DNA of 64,000 nucleotides, from IMG/VR virus record IMGVR_UViG_3300028569_000032. One strand, given 5' to 3'. The notes beneath the pieces were generated by a model. It saw only the letters and a program-made list of their open reading frames with translations, was not told where the DNA came from and searched no databases. Source of the DNA: an uncultured virus (IMG/VR IMGVR_UViG_3300028569_000032). Its lineage: Duplodnaviria > Heunggongvirae > Uroviricota > Caudoviricetes. The translations under genes and the position numbers were made by a program. Every line of letters begins with the position of its first letter. The first letter of the stretch is position 1. Shown here piece by piece: positions 52,873-62,711 of this stretch.

Positions 52873-53475
52873 TCATTTCTTTTCAGGGGTTTTAGGTTCT
52901 TCCTTAGGTGCTTCTGGGGCTTTTGGTTCTGGGTTCTTGATTGACTCAATATTCTTACGGCGCTTTTCGGCTTCATCGAGAGCCTTATTGAATTGTTGAG
53001 ATTCAACATCGATCTGCTTATCTTGTTGGTATTTGAAAGCAGCGTCATTGTTCATTTTTTCACGAGTGCTAGCTGGGCATCCCATGTCTTCTGTTGCTCT
53101 GTGGTATCCGCTGATGTAAGCGGATTCTTCAACAATTGCGAGTTGTCCCATTCCACGATAATAGCCTTCGTGCCAGATTGCGCTTGTTTGGTTTTGTTCT
53201 GGAGGAATGTTCACACTGGCTGCGACCATTCCTTCAACACGTCCAGAGTTGCGAGAAATTTCTGACATGTTGTCTCTGAGTTCAGAGATACGAGCCATAA
53301 GAACTTCATTGAGACTATCGCTCATGAGCGATTCTTTTTGCTTAACGATCTCATTGACCGTTTTGAGTCTATTGATCTGTTCTTGTTGGATTATGTTGTA
53401 TCCAATGCTACCCATTGTAGCGATGGCGGTAAAAACACCGATCCAATTGCCTGTCCTAGCGAAGAAGCGGTTCAT
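52873..53475 (-). CDS. Hypothetical membrane-anchored protein
   Basis: N-terminal hydrophobic helix; 200 aa. Confidence 0.65.
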   Translation of the reverse strand: MNRFFARTGNWIGVFTAIATMGSIGYNIIQQEQINRLKTVNEIVKQKESLMSDSLNEVLMARISELRDNMSEISRNSGRVEGMVAASVNIPPEQNQTSAIWHEGYYRGMGQLAIVEESAYISGYHRATEDMGCPASTREKMNNDAAFKYQQDKQIDVESQQFNKALDEAEKRRKNIESIKNPEPKAPEAPKEEPKTPEKK

Positions 53476-54251
53476 AGCGCCCTCTTTTGGGATGTGGGAG
53501 AAACCTGAGTGACGACTGAACTGCCGTCTGATTTATGACAATACAATTTTTTTTTAAGATTGCAAGTAAAATTTTATTTCTTCTTGATTTTAATTCTTCT
53601 TTTCAATTGTGATTCTCCATGAAGATCAATTTGTCTTTGTTCCATTTCTTCATCGGCAATTTCCAAAGCTGTTTCTGCTTCTGTTGCATATTTCTTTTCT
53701 AGTTCTGCTGTGAATATTGTGACTGATTCGCCAAGAATTGGAAGTTCTCCATTTGTATTAACCAATTGAAGTACGATTGTGCCTTTGGTTATAATTTCTT
53801 CTTCTAGTTGTTTAACTGTGTAATTGTGAAAATTATCGGGATAAAATTCATCCCTACGCCATTGGACTTTGGGTCTGCTTTCAGATTTTTGTTTTCTTTC
53901 AGCTTTTAGGACAGCTTCAGCTAGGGCTATCGCACTGGCTGGGCTTTTGACCTCTCGTGGAACGGGGTTGAATCCCAGATGAACGAAGCAATTCATTTTT
54001 CCTCCGTGTCATGTAGACACATTGTTTATGCGCTCTCGCCTATGTATTCCTTCATGTATTGTCGAACTTCGGCTTCCATATCCTTATTCCGACAATCAGG
54101 GCATACAGCAGACTTATAGGTATATAGTGTCCTGAATGCAGGAGGCAAATGAGTATTTTCAATCAATTTGAACAACTCACAAGATTCTCTCCATTTTACG
54201 CAAAATATACATTGCGTAAATTTTGGGTTTTCATCAAATTGGAATTCTAAG

Positions 54252-54671
54252 TCACTCACTGATTGACTCCATCTTGATATAAAGCTTTTGTGGTGGTTCC
54301 TTGTAATAAAGGCCCATATACGGACAAACCCAAGCTGCCTGTCCGGGCATTAGTCCTTTTAGGTTTAATTCTGCCACTTTATAAACCCAACCATCAAACT
54401 TGATTTCATCAAATTCAAAGAGAACATCTGCATTGGGAAAATAATTTTCTGAAAATACAAGGTGAAATCCTGATTTGGGATTTCTTATATTCTTATGCTG
54501 ACAACCAACATTGATAAGTCTATCTGCCCCAATAACAAGAGGTGTGAGAAGATATTCAGTTAAATTGGCTGGTGCCATGTCATAATGCTGATCCTTATGC
54601 TCAAATACCCAGCGTCCATCTCTTTGCAGGCATTTAATTACATTGACACCAATCTTATCGAATTCGTTCAT
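54252..54671 (-). CDS. DUF6717-like protein
   Basis: LVIGAD...LVFSENYFP...WVCP...YY..PPQKLY. Confidence 0.55.
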   Translation of the reverse strand: MNEFDKIGVNVIKCLQRDGRWVFEHKDQHYDMAPANLTEYLLTPLVIGADRLINVGCQHKNIRNPKSGFHLVFSENYFPNADVLFEFDEIKFDGWVYKVAELNLKGLMPGQAAWVCPYMGLYYKEPPQKLYIKMESISE

Positions 54672-55208
54672 CTTTAAGCCTCTGGTGGAGTGTAGTGAAC
54701 CTTCATGTCGCTATTGTTAACAATGAAATAAGGAATAATCTTATCCTTTTTGCCAATGGCATGAATCTCCAATGCTATGTTAATCTTTATCCTTGAGTTA
54801 ATCCTCATGTAATCCTTAGCTAAGATAATTGCCTCATAGGCAGTAAGACCCTGAAACTCTTCTAAGTCATCACTTGGGAATTCAGACATCTCTGCATTAG
54901 TAGCATACCTTTTGCTGCTAGGAAAGTAGATCTTCCATTTTTGGGGCCAATTGTCAAATATTTTCTTCTTGATTTGCCTGATGATGTCACTCTGTTCCAA
55001 TTTATTAAATCTTGAAAGGTCATTCTTCAATGAAGTAGGAATGAAAATTGAGTTTGAAATAGATTTCCCTGTCCATCTCTTAGAATTAAATAGAACAATC
55101 TGATATCCATGCTTATCCAGCATTTCACCTGCAAAATCCATGATCTCTTTATCCTTAAGAATATTCTTAACTCCACAGTAGTATTGTATAGTGTTTTACA
55201 GTAATAGT

Positions 55209-55805
55209 TTAGGTGATTTTTACCTTAGCCCAAGAAACGCATGAACCTTTAAGTGGTGGTCTTTTGTACATTGAACCTTCTATTTCCATTTGTGGGTAAT
55301 CAACTGATATAGATTTATATTGTTTTTTTATTTTATTCACTATTTTGCAAGCTTTTTCGTATTCAAAAAAGCATATGTTTCTATCTATATCGAACATTAA
55401 TTTTGTTTCGTTGTCATCAATGTCTAGTTCTTGGACATATCTTTTTGCTTTTTTGAATCTAATCTTCCAAATTCTGGGTGTTTCGTTGAAGATATTTTCT
55501 TTGATTTTCGTTTCAATTTTTTTGACAAAACTTTCTGGTTCTATTGGCCAGCAGTATATTGAGTCGGTTATTTTTGGAGTTGTTTTGTGAATTTCTTTTC
55601 CTATTTCCAAAGATTCGTTGTATAGGTCATCAGGGAGAATAGAATTTTGAGTGTCGTTGTTGAGCCATAATTTGGCATTATTTTTAATGATTTGTGGTGC
55701 GTATTTTTTAAGAAGTTTTTTTGCTATCTTGTTTATAAGAAAGATATGTTCTATTGGTATTGTTCCCATGAAATTTCCTTTCTTTTCATCACTGTTTTTT
55801 GCCAA
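55209..55805 (-). CDS. Hypothetical protein, similar to 55789..56379
   Basis: WKIRFKKAKRYVQ parallels WRLWFLESSRYAVQ in the neighbour. Confidence 0.6.
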   Translation of the reverse strand: MAKNSDEKKGNFMGTIPIEHIFLINKIAKKLLKKYAPQIIKNNAKLWLNNDTQNSILPDDLYNESLEIGKEIHKTTPKITDSIYCWPIEPESFVKKIETKIKENIFNETPRIWKIRFKKAKRYVQELDIDDNETKLMFDIDRNICFFEYEKACKIVNKIKKQYKSISVDYPQMEIEGSMYKRPPLKGSCVSWAKVKIT

Positions 55806-56379
55806 GATATTCTGATGTCATATCTGGAGGAAGTCTGAACCAACTTACAAATTTATTATTATGATCAAATCCTCTTGTTTCAATTGAAAGTGGTTTTAAT
55901 TTTATTTTTTGTCGTTGCAAATTAATTTTGTCTCTGATTAACAATGCTTCTCCAGATGATTCAAATATAAGTACTTTGTCTTCCCAATTACAAAATAAAG
56001 GTTCATCGAAATCATCCTGAACGGCATATCTTGACGATTCTAGAAACCATAACCTCCAACTTTTAATTTTCGTTGAACTCATTTCCAGAGACATCTCTGC
56101 ATAGATTTCAAACTTCATTGCTAATTCTGCTTCTTTTTTGGAAAGTGGCTTGTTCTTTTCATCAAAGAATATTTCATTTTTTCTTGCAATTATCCAGCTG
56201 GAATAAGAAATTTCTGCTAAAATCTCTTCTGCCATTTTAATTGGAGAATTACTCAAGAATGGGTCACAATCTTCAACAGAAGACAAGAATATTTCCAAAC
56301 CATATTTATCAACATATCTTTTAGATATGTTCTTAATAAAATGATTGTATTCTTTCTTTGCTTGATCTGAAGATATCAT
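55789..56379 (-). CDS. Hypothetical protein
   Basis: 196-aa ORF, AAGGTG SD. Confidence 0.6.
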   Translation of the reverse strand: MISSDQAKKEYNHFIKNISKRYVDKYGLEIFLSSVEDCDPFLSNSPIKMAEEILAEISYSSWIIARKNEIFFDEKNKPLSKKEAELAMKFEIYAEMSLEMSSTKIKSWRLWFLESSRYAVQDDFDEPLFCNWEDKVLIFESSGEALLIRDKINLQRQKIKLKPLSIETRGFDHNNKFVSWFRLPPDMTSEYLGKKQ

Positions 56380-56525
56380 TTGATATCACCTTAAGAAGCC
56401 AAAAAAAATGACCAGCAGCTATGAGGCTGCTGGTCTAACTATACATGAAATTTTGAAAAAATGTTGGCAAAAAATCATATATATGTTGTTGGGAAGATTC
56501 CAACGGTTGTCCATCAAGGAGGAAA

Positions 56526-56855
56526 ATGGTATGGTTCATTTTAATTTCATTTAGCGTTCTTTATTCAATTTACGCTTATGTTTCTTACAGTACTAGTCTT
56601 GATAAAAATTCACCTAGTTATTTCTTGTTTTTTATTATTTTAGGATTTTTTCATAGTGTTCTTTGGTATTTATCTGTCGTTACAAATGAGAGCAAAGAAA
56701 AGTTGTTTATATTTATTCTCATTTGGGACTTGATTTACATGGCAATATTTTATCTTGTGCCCGTATTTTTCTTTGATGTTAAATTCAACATCACCGGCAT
56801 CATAGGACTTTTTGTCATGATAGTCGGGTTATTTGTCATGAAATTTGGACATTAA
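56526..56855 (+). CDS. Small 4-TM membrane protein (SMR/DMT-like size)
   Basis: Four hydrophobic helices; AAGGAGG SD. Confidence 0.6.
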   Translation: MVWFILISFSVLYSIYAYVSYSTSLDKNSPSYFLFFIILGFFHSVLWYLSVVTNESKEKLFIFILIWDLIYMAIFYLVPVFFFDVKFNITGIIGLFVMIVGLFVMKFGH

Positions 56856-56917
56856 AAAAGGGCCAGTAATTTATATTACTGGCCTATATATTTTACGTTT
56901 CAAAATAAGGATCAATT

Positions 56918-57778
56918 ATGATCGATTTCTTTACATGGTTGAAGTTAAAAAATTTAACTGAAGCTATAATTCCCGGCGATTCTCCTCCAGAAAAACAAGT
57001 CCATGTATTTGATTTTGATGATACTTTGGGAATTGCAACCAATTCCAACGGTGTAATGTTATACATTGACGGGAAACCTGCTCATAAAACACCTTACGAT
57101 GTCATTTCTTGGTTAACAGATATAGGAATAAAAAAAAGTGATATTATAAGTGGACCTGATGGAGATTCTATAAAATATATTCCATCTCGCAGAGGCTATG
57201 CTGGTTATGTAACAAGTGGTGCATTGACTTTATTGCGAAAGAAATATAAAGATAAAGAATTCGTGACTGGATCTGATAATCCTAATCCAAAAGGTGATGG
57301 AGAAGAAATCGTTATAGATTACACACCATCATCAAATGTCAATCCACAAACAACAATTCCAATAAAAAACACGATTGAAAAATTAAAATCTGTCAATGCG
57401 TCTGGTGCAAAAACTATGGTCATGACTGCTAGAAGGACACATGGAACTGGAACTTCAATTGAGGATAAAAAAGTAATTCCATCAAACGCAGAAGATATAG
57501 ATTTATTTTTACAAAAAAATAATGCCAAACCGAATAGTGGAGTTGTTGGTGTTCTTGGCCAAAACAAGGGCGACGAAATCAAGAAAAGGTTTATTGGTTC
57601 TGGAAATGAACCCGAAGAAATTCATTTTTATGATGACTTAGAAATAAACACAAATCAAGTAGCTAAATCTTTGAAGGGTGATTCAAAAAAAGTCGATAGC
57701 GAACTACACATATATGGACCCGGAGAATTTGCTCACGGTGGAGCCAATCCATTCAGACCAACAAAAAGTTTTGGATGA
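56918..57778 (+). CDS. HAD-superfamily phosphatase
   Basis: VFDFDDTL, MTAR, K, FYDD motifs. Confidence 0.75.
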   Translation: MIDFFTWLKLKNLTEAIIPGDSPPEKQVHVFDFDDTLGIATNSNGVMLYIDGKPAHKTPYDVISWLTDIGIKKSDIISGPDGDSIKYIPSRRGYAGYVTSGALTLLRKKYKDKEFVTGSDNPNPKGDGEEIVIDYTPSSNVNPQTTIPIKNTIEKLKSVNASGAKTMVMTARRTHGTGTSIEDKKVIPSNAEDIDLFLQKNNAKPNSGVVGVLGQNKGDEIKKRFIGSGNEPEEIHFYDDLEINTNQVAKSLKGDSKKVDSELHIYGPGEFAHGGANPFRPTKSFG

Positions 57779-57813
57779 TAAACAGTAATTTATATTACTA
57801 AACTAAATATTTC

Positions 57814-58611
57814 ATGTTTACATTCAGAGAATTTATTGAAAAAAAATTCGGCAAAACAATTATCAAAGATAATATTGCCGAATTAAAAAAGATACTCATC
57901 AATCTTTTTACAATTCCATCAGGTATTCATGAAAGTTTAACTGCTCACGACATTACTCTGAAATATTGGACCGATCCAGAATCACCTTTAATAGATTGGC
58001 TGAAAAGTCTTGATATTAATGTAGCAAAAGGAGTTCCTCCATTCGTTGACGGTGGAGCAGGAAGATGTTATTTTTTAACAAAACCAAGAAAAGTAGTTAA
58101 AATGTCGGCAAATAGAGTCGAAGCCAATGTTGCTTCCATGTTGGCTGGCAATGAAGATGTTCCAGTTCCTGTTGTTGCAGTCAAATATCTCGGAGACAAT
58201 ATCTACGCAATTTTACAACATTTAGTTGACACCAGAGGCGTTCCACAAAAAATCAGAGAAGCCTCTGACCTAGTCACAGTCCTAATCGACGATAACCCTG
58301 AAATGGATGGATTCCCAGAATCAGAAGAAGAATGCAAAAAACTATGTCTCAAAACATTAAGAGAAAATGATAAAAGTGAAGAATTATTACCTGAAATGCT
58401 TTTGATGGTAGACTTATTGAAAAAAATATATTCAGTCACAGGATTCAAACACGACGATGCTGGTCCTACCAATATAGGCATGCACAAAGGTAAAGTTGTG
58501 GTAACCGATCTTGGTCCGAACCAGACAGCACAATTTAATACCTTGGCGGCATTAAGCCAAATCCAGAAAAACCGTGAGAAAATTGGATTGCCAAGATGGA
58601 AAAGCATTTAG
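57814..58611 (+). CDS. Protein-kinase-like fold protein
   Basis: GGAGRCY..VVK..E, HDDAGPTNIG, VTDLG. Confidence 0.65.
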   Translation: MFTFREFIEKKFGKTIIKDNIAELKKILINLFTIPSGIHESLTAHDITLKYWTDPESPLIDWLKSLDINVAKGVPPFVDGGAGRCYFLTKPRKVVKMSANRVEANVASMLAGNEDVPVPVVAVKYLGDNIYAILQHLVDTRGVPQKIREASDLVTVLIDDNPEMDGFPESEEECKKLCLKTLRENDKSEELLPEMLLMVDLLKKIYSVTGFKHDDAGPTNIGMHKGKVVVTDLGPNQTAQFNTLAALSQIQKNREKIGLPRWKSI

Positions 58612-59090
58612 ACTATTTTACCAGTCCTATTTGACATCATCCACTTTTTATCCTCAAAATCAAAATTACCTTCATTGCGAACAAGCATCACATTACAGTG
58701 AGGAGTGATGGTTTTAAGAACCTCAGGCTGATCGTCAAAGAAAGTCATGATCCCTTCTCTCGTGATGACAATTCCCTTTTCCTCAAAAGAATTAACCAAA
58801 ATCAGTTCATCATATTTAATTTCATGCTCAGTAAGGAAGTTCTTAGTCTTCTCTCTATCGCTGCGGTATGTAATCACATACACTTTTCCGGGCCAATAAT
58901 TAGATAGAAGCTGAAAGAAAATTGGAAATTCATCGATACAACCATCAATGTCAATTCCAATAGAAGGGTAAACAGTAGTCATAAGGTTCTTAGTAGCTTC
59001 CATAACCTGATTCATAATAAATCCTTGAGTAAAAATAATGAGAAAAGGGTGGCAGCATTTGATTAGAATGCTGCCACCTTGATTGTACAC
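58608..59090 (-). CDS. HAD-family hydrolase
   Basis: IGIDIDG, ITYR, K, FFDD; true start probably MNQVME. Confidence 0.75.
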   Translation of the reverse strand: MYNQGGSILIKCCHPFLIIFTQGFIMNQVMEATKNLMTTVYPSIGIDIDGCIDEFPIFFQLLSNYWPGKVYVITYRSDREKTKNFLTEHEIKYDELILVNSFEEKGIVITREGIMTFFDDQPEVLKTITPHCNVMLVRNEGNFDFEDKKWMMSNRTGKIV

Positions 59091-59091
59091 G

Positions 59092-61260
59092 TTATGCAGC
59101 GTTGCGGAAGAGAGTTGGATGTCTCTCCGAAAGCTGACGATGATATCGTGACAGGATCATAAATCCTGCCTCAAGCTCCTCAGGCGTTTCAAGACCAGCC
59201 GTGAGAAGGCAATGTGCAACAGCAGCGTCAGGCTTGTTAAAGCCTTGACCATCACGCTGAACAGCACCGTCACAAACATTCAGCATGAAGCTGAATGCTT
59301 GGCGGACCTGTTCGCTCCTCTCAGGAGTGAGAGGAAGCATCTGGCGTGACATCCTTGCTGATTCACGGGCATGAATCCCAGAAACACGACTCTTGGCGTA
59401 TTCCTTTGCCTTGCGCTGTTCTTCAGCAGCATTGTTGGCCTCCATTTGGGCAACACGCTGCATGCGAGCCTGAAACTCCTCTTCGGTTTCACCTTGAGGA
59501 TCTGCATTGACAGATCGACCCTGATTGACTTCGCCCTGAATAGACTGGTCAATCGAACGATTGATCGTGTCAATCTTATCGACCAGCATATTCTGGATGT
59601 GAATGTCAAGTGGGTGATCACTCACCATACGGATGATTTCGACCGTATTGGCAGTCTGACCAATTCGGCAAATCCGGTCTTCAGCCTGCCAGTTGGAAGC
59701 AGGAGTCCAATCCAGATCGACGAAGAGAGCCTTATGAGCACGGGTCAGAGTAAGACCCACGCCACCAGCACGGATGCTGATACCAACACCCTTCAGGCGA
59801 CCAGCCTGAAAATCATCAACAATTTGTTGACGGCGTTCAGGTTTCACATCACCTGTAATGATTGCCCATCCATCACGACCAATAAGAGCGTCGAGCGGAG
59901 CGAGGTGAGCGGAGAAAACCAGAAGTGGGCATTCCTGCTCTTCTGCGTTTTCCACATAATCGATCATCGCTTCGATCCGTGACTCAGCCAGATCTGCACG
60001 GATGGAAGCGAATTGGTGGAAAGGAGGAAGTGAGCCAGAATTCAAGATGAATCCTTCCCATCCCTTCCACATTTCATCCAGCTTTGCCGTCAGGCGAGAA
60101 CTGGTTTCACCAACAACCAAAGGCGTGTAAGTCTTAGCAGGAATCTGCTTAAGCACTTCACTCCTACGGCGGCGAAGCATAACACGGCGGAGCAATTCCG
60201 GGACAATCGGATTTGGCTTGCCATATTCAATGCCATATCCATTGTGGATGGCATTGAAAAGAGATTGAAAGCGTTCAAAGCTTCCAAAAACTTCCTTAGC
60301 GACACCGACAGTGTCGAGAACACCAAACAAATCGTCAGGACGATTTGTCAAGGGACTACCAGTCAGGGCAGTGGTCTTGGCAGTCATCATGCCAATTTCC
60401 TTTACCTTGCGGGTGCGAGCCGCTTTGCGGTTTTTATAATCGTGAGCCTCATCAATGATGAGTTGAGTGCTGGCAGCATCAGGGTTGTTAGCCTTGAGTT
60501 CATCACGCCATGCTTGGAGGCGAGCAAAATAAACATCATTGCTTTCGGTACGAGCCTTGTTAGGTCGTTTGTTGAACTCGTCAGGCAAAATGTCATTGTT
60601 GATGATGACAAGTTCGCCAGATTTCGGCCAACGGAAGTTGTTGCGTCCATCGAGGACGACTGGAGTCAGATCTTTGCGCCACTTCTGGCACTCATTCTTC
60701 CAGTTATATTTCAGGCCAGCACGGCATATTACCATGGCAGCGCCACCCTTGGGGATAATCATTAGGCTCATGGCAGATTTGCCAAGGCCCATCTCGTCTC
60801 CCAGCAATGCTTTGCGCTTCTGGGAAAGCCAATCTACACCTTCGACCTGAAAGTCGTAGAGGCCAGCTTCCTGAGCCATTTTGGCCTGATCACAGATCTC
60901 TGTGACCCTAAGAGTAGGAGCGACTTCGAGGCCAATCTTGTCAGCAACTTCGAGGATTCTCCTACGATCTGCCAACTCTGTGCTTACAGACCAGCATTTT
61001 TCGTTGGCATTCCAACGAGCGCCGGGAAGTGACTTGACAAGAGGAAGATTAGCTGCTTCGTAAGGCATGATGATTTTGCCATCGCTGGTCAAAACCCTTA
61101 CTTGCTTCTGAGTTGGTGCCGCACCAATTCTTTCTGGGCAGCATGTTTTGCACCAGACAACGTAACGGTTGTCGATTTTCTGAGTAAAGCCTTCGTTGGC
61201 TGCAACCTTTGCATTGCAGTTACGGTTGTTGCACTTGCCAGCAAATCGGTTCTGGAACAT
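59092..61260 (-). CDS. SNF2-family (HARP/SMARCAL1-like) helicase
   Basis: LGDEMGLGKS, IIDEAH, LTGSP..NRP, GVGLTLT, QAEDRICRIGQ. Confidence 0.92.
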   Translation of the reverse strand: MFQNRFAGKCNNRNCNAKVAANEGFTQKIDNRYVVWCKTCCPERIGAAPTQKQVRVLTSDGKIIMPYEAANLPLVKSLPGARWNANEKCWSVSTELADRRRILEVADKIGLEVAPTLRVTEICDQAKMAQEAGLYDFQVEGVDWLSQKRKALLGDEMGLGKSAMSLMIIPKGGAAMVICRAGLKYNWKNECQKWRKDLTPVVLDGRNNFRWPKSGELVIINNDILPDEFNKRPNKARTESNDVYFARLQAWRDELKANNPDAASTQLIIDEAHDYKNRKAARTRKVKEIGMMTAKTTALTGSPLTNRPDDLFGVLDTVGVAKEVFGSFERFQSLFNAIHNGYGIEYGKPNPIVPELLRRVMLRRRRSEVLKQIPAKTYTPLVVGETSSRLTAKLDEMWKGWEGFILNSGSLPPFHQFASIRADLAESRIEAMIDYVENAEEQECPLLVFSAHLAPLDALIGRDGWAIITGDVKPERRQQIVDDFQAGRLKGVGISIRAGGVGLTLTRAHKALFVDLDWTPASNWQAEDRICRIGQTANTVEIIRMVSDHPLDIHIQNMLVDKIDTINRSIDQSIQGEVNQGRSVNADPQGETEEEFQARMQRVAQMEANNAAEEQRKAKEYAKSRVSGIHARESARMSRQMLPLTPERSEQVRQAFSFMLNVCDGAVQRDGQGFNKPDAAVAHCLLTAGLETPEELEAGFMILSRYHRQLSERHPTLFRNAA

Positions 61261-61328
61261 TTCATCTTCTCCGTGAGTGTTTCTTGTTCTCTTACCATCC
61301 GTCAACGGAGGACGGATTTCTTATAATT

Positions 61329-61467
61329 ACTACTCGGTCGGACTTGCACTCTGACATAACGAGTTTTCTTGATATTTTCTGATATTTTATTCTATCAGAA
61401 ATTTCTCGTTATAATCCTTGTTGTCCTTCAAATGACTACTCGGTCGGACTTGCACTCTGACATAATG
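61329..61467 (-). promoter_or_regulatory. Two further copies of the 33-bp element in tandem before the SNF2 gene
   Basis: actactcggtcggacttgcactctgacataa at 61329 and 61435. Confidence 0.88.
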
Positions 61468-62080
61468 ATTTAACTGTAATTAAATTTTTGGAATTGTAAA
61501 GCAAAAAGCACCGGATTAATCCAGTGCTTTTATTATTTTGTTTGATTGGTTGGCTTTTTACTTAAACTTAACAGCCATTTCGATAGGCTTGAGGTAAAAC
61601 TGTATTATTGATGCTTCCTGAACTTCAAGGATTCTATCTAGATTGACTTCGTTCTTGCTTGAGACTGTATGTGCTCTCAAAACATATCCTTCTGGTATTG
61701 GCATTTTAATGTCAATACTAGCAGATAGCCATTTATTGTCATCTGTAAAAAAGACGCAAGATGCAATTCCTGCTTGTTCAAAACGGCTTATTGTCTTGTC
61801 GCCTTTTTTTTCATAGCGCACAATAAAAACTGGAGTTTCTTTGAACTCTTTCATGATCTTATCAGCAGCATTCCTTTTATAGAAAATCTTTTCCGATTCA
61901 TTAATCGGACTTACTCCAACAGTCTCAATTTTCATAAAAGGTAAAACTGCGCTTGTCTTATCAGTTTTTACTTCTTGACCAAGGCATAAGAATAGAAAAA
62001 AAAGCATAAGTCCTCCTCCAAACAAATAAAAAAAACTTCAGGCAGGCTTTTGAGGGCTTGCCTGAAGCTTGTTAGTTAAG

Positions 62081-62365
62081 TCACTTCTTTTCTTGGATGA
62101 CAATAGTTGTGTTGCGAGTTTTCCACTTTCCGAAAAGACCACGCTTTTCTTCAACAACTAGAGTTGCTGGGGATGTGCTGGTCTTGGTCACTACTTCAGT
62201 CTTGATGACTTCGACTGGGCTTGTGACGATTCGATAACGGCTTGGCTTGGCCACGACGACAACTTCAGTTGTCTTAGCGGCCTGAGCCTTCTCGTCGCCA
62301 GCAAAAGCGACAGAAGCAGCAAGAATTCCGAAAACAGCAATAATCTTCTTCATGAGAGACTCCAA
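62081..62365 (-). CDS. Small secreted protein
   Basis: Signal peptide MKKIIAVFGILAASVAFA; RGLFGK near the C-terminus. Confidence 0.6.
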   Translation of the reverse strand: MESLMKKIIAVFGILAASVAFAGDEKAQAAKTTEVVVVAKPSRYRIVTSPVEVIKTEVVTKTSTSPATLVVEEKRGLFGKWKTRNTTIVIQEKK

Positions 62366-62426
62366 ATTGTGCCAAGTTCGTCAACCGTGACATTTATGGC
62401 ACAGAATCAATATACCGTAATTTCAA

Positions 62427-62711
62427 TCAAGAAACAACTACTTTTTTTAACTGCTCATCGATCTGATTAACGAGATCACTAAAACTAAGTATTTGACAAT
62501 CTTCACGAAGACGGACACTAAAATGGTCTTCGACACAGAATAATATATCCATCATGTCCAAGCTATCAAGAGACTTGAAGTTCTCATCCCAGTCACTAAT
62601 ATCTTTGACTGGGCCAACACACAATCTATCACTTAAAAGCTTAGAAACAATAGCACTAGTATCATCCATAATAAGCTGCTCCTGTTTGGCTAAATCAATT
62701 ATTTTTAACAA
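62427..62711 (-). CDS. Acyl carrier protein-like
   Basis: LDSLDMMDILFCVEDHF phosphopantetheine motif. Confidence 0.8.
   Translation of the reverse strand: MLKIIDLAKQEQLIMDDTSAIVSKLLSDRLCVGPVKDISDWDENFKSLDSLDMMDILFCVEDHFSVRLREDCQILSFSDLVNQIDEQLKKVVVS

Noticed and set aside
59280..60850. Long overlapping ORFs within the SNF2 gene
   Set aside because: Antisense or alternate-frame shadows of a GC-richer gene, with no motifs.
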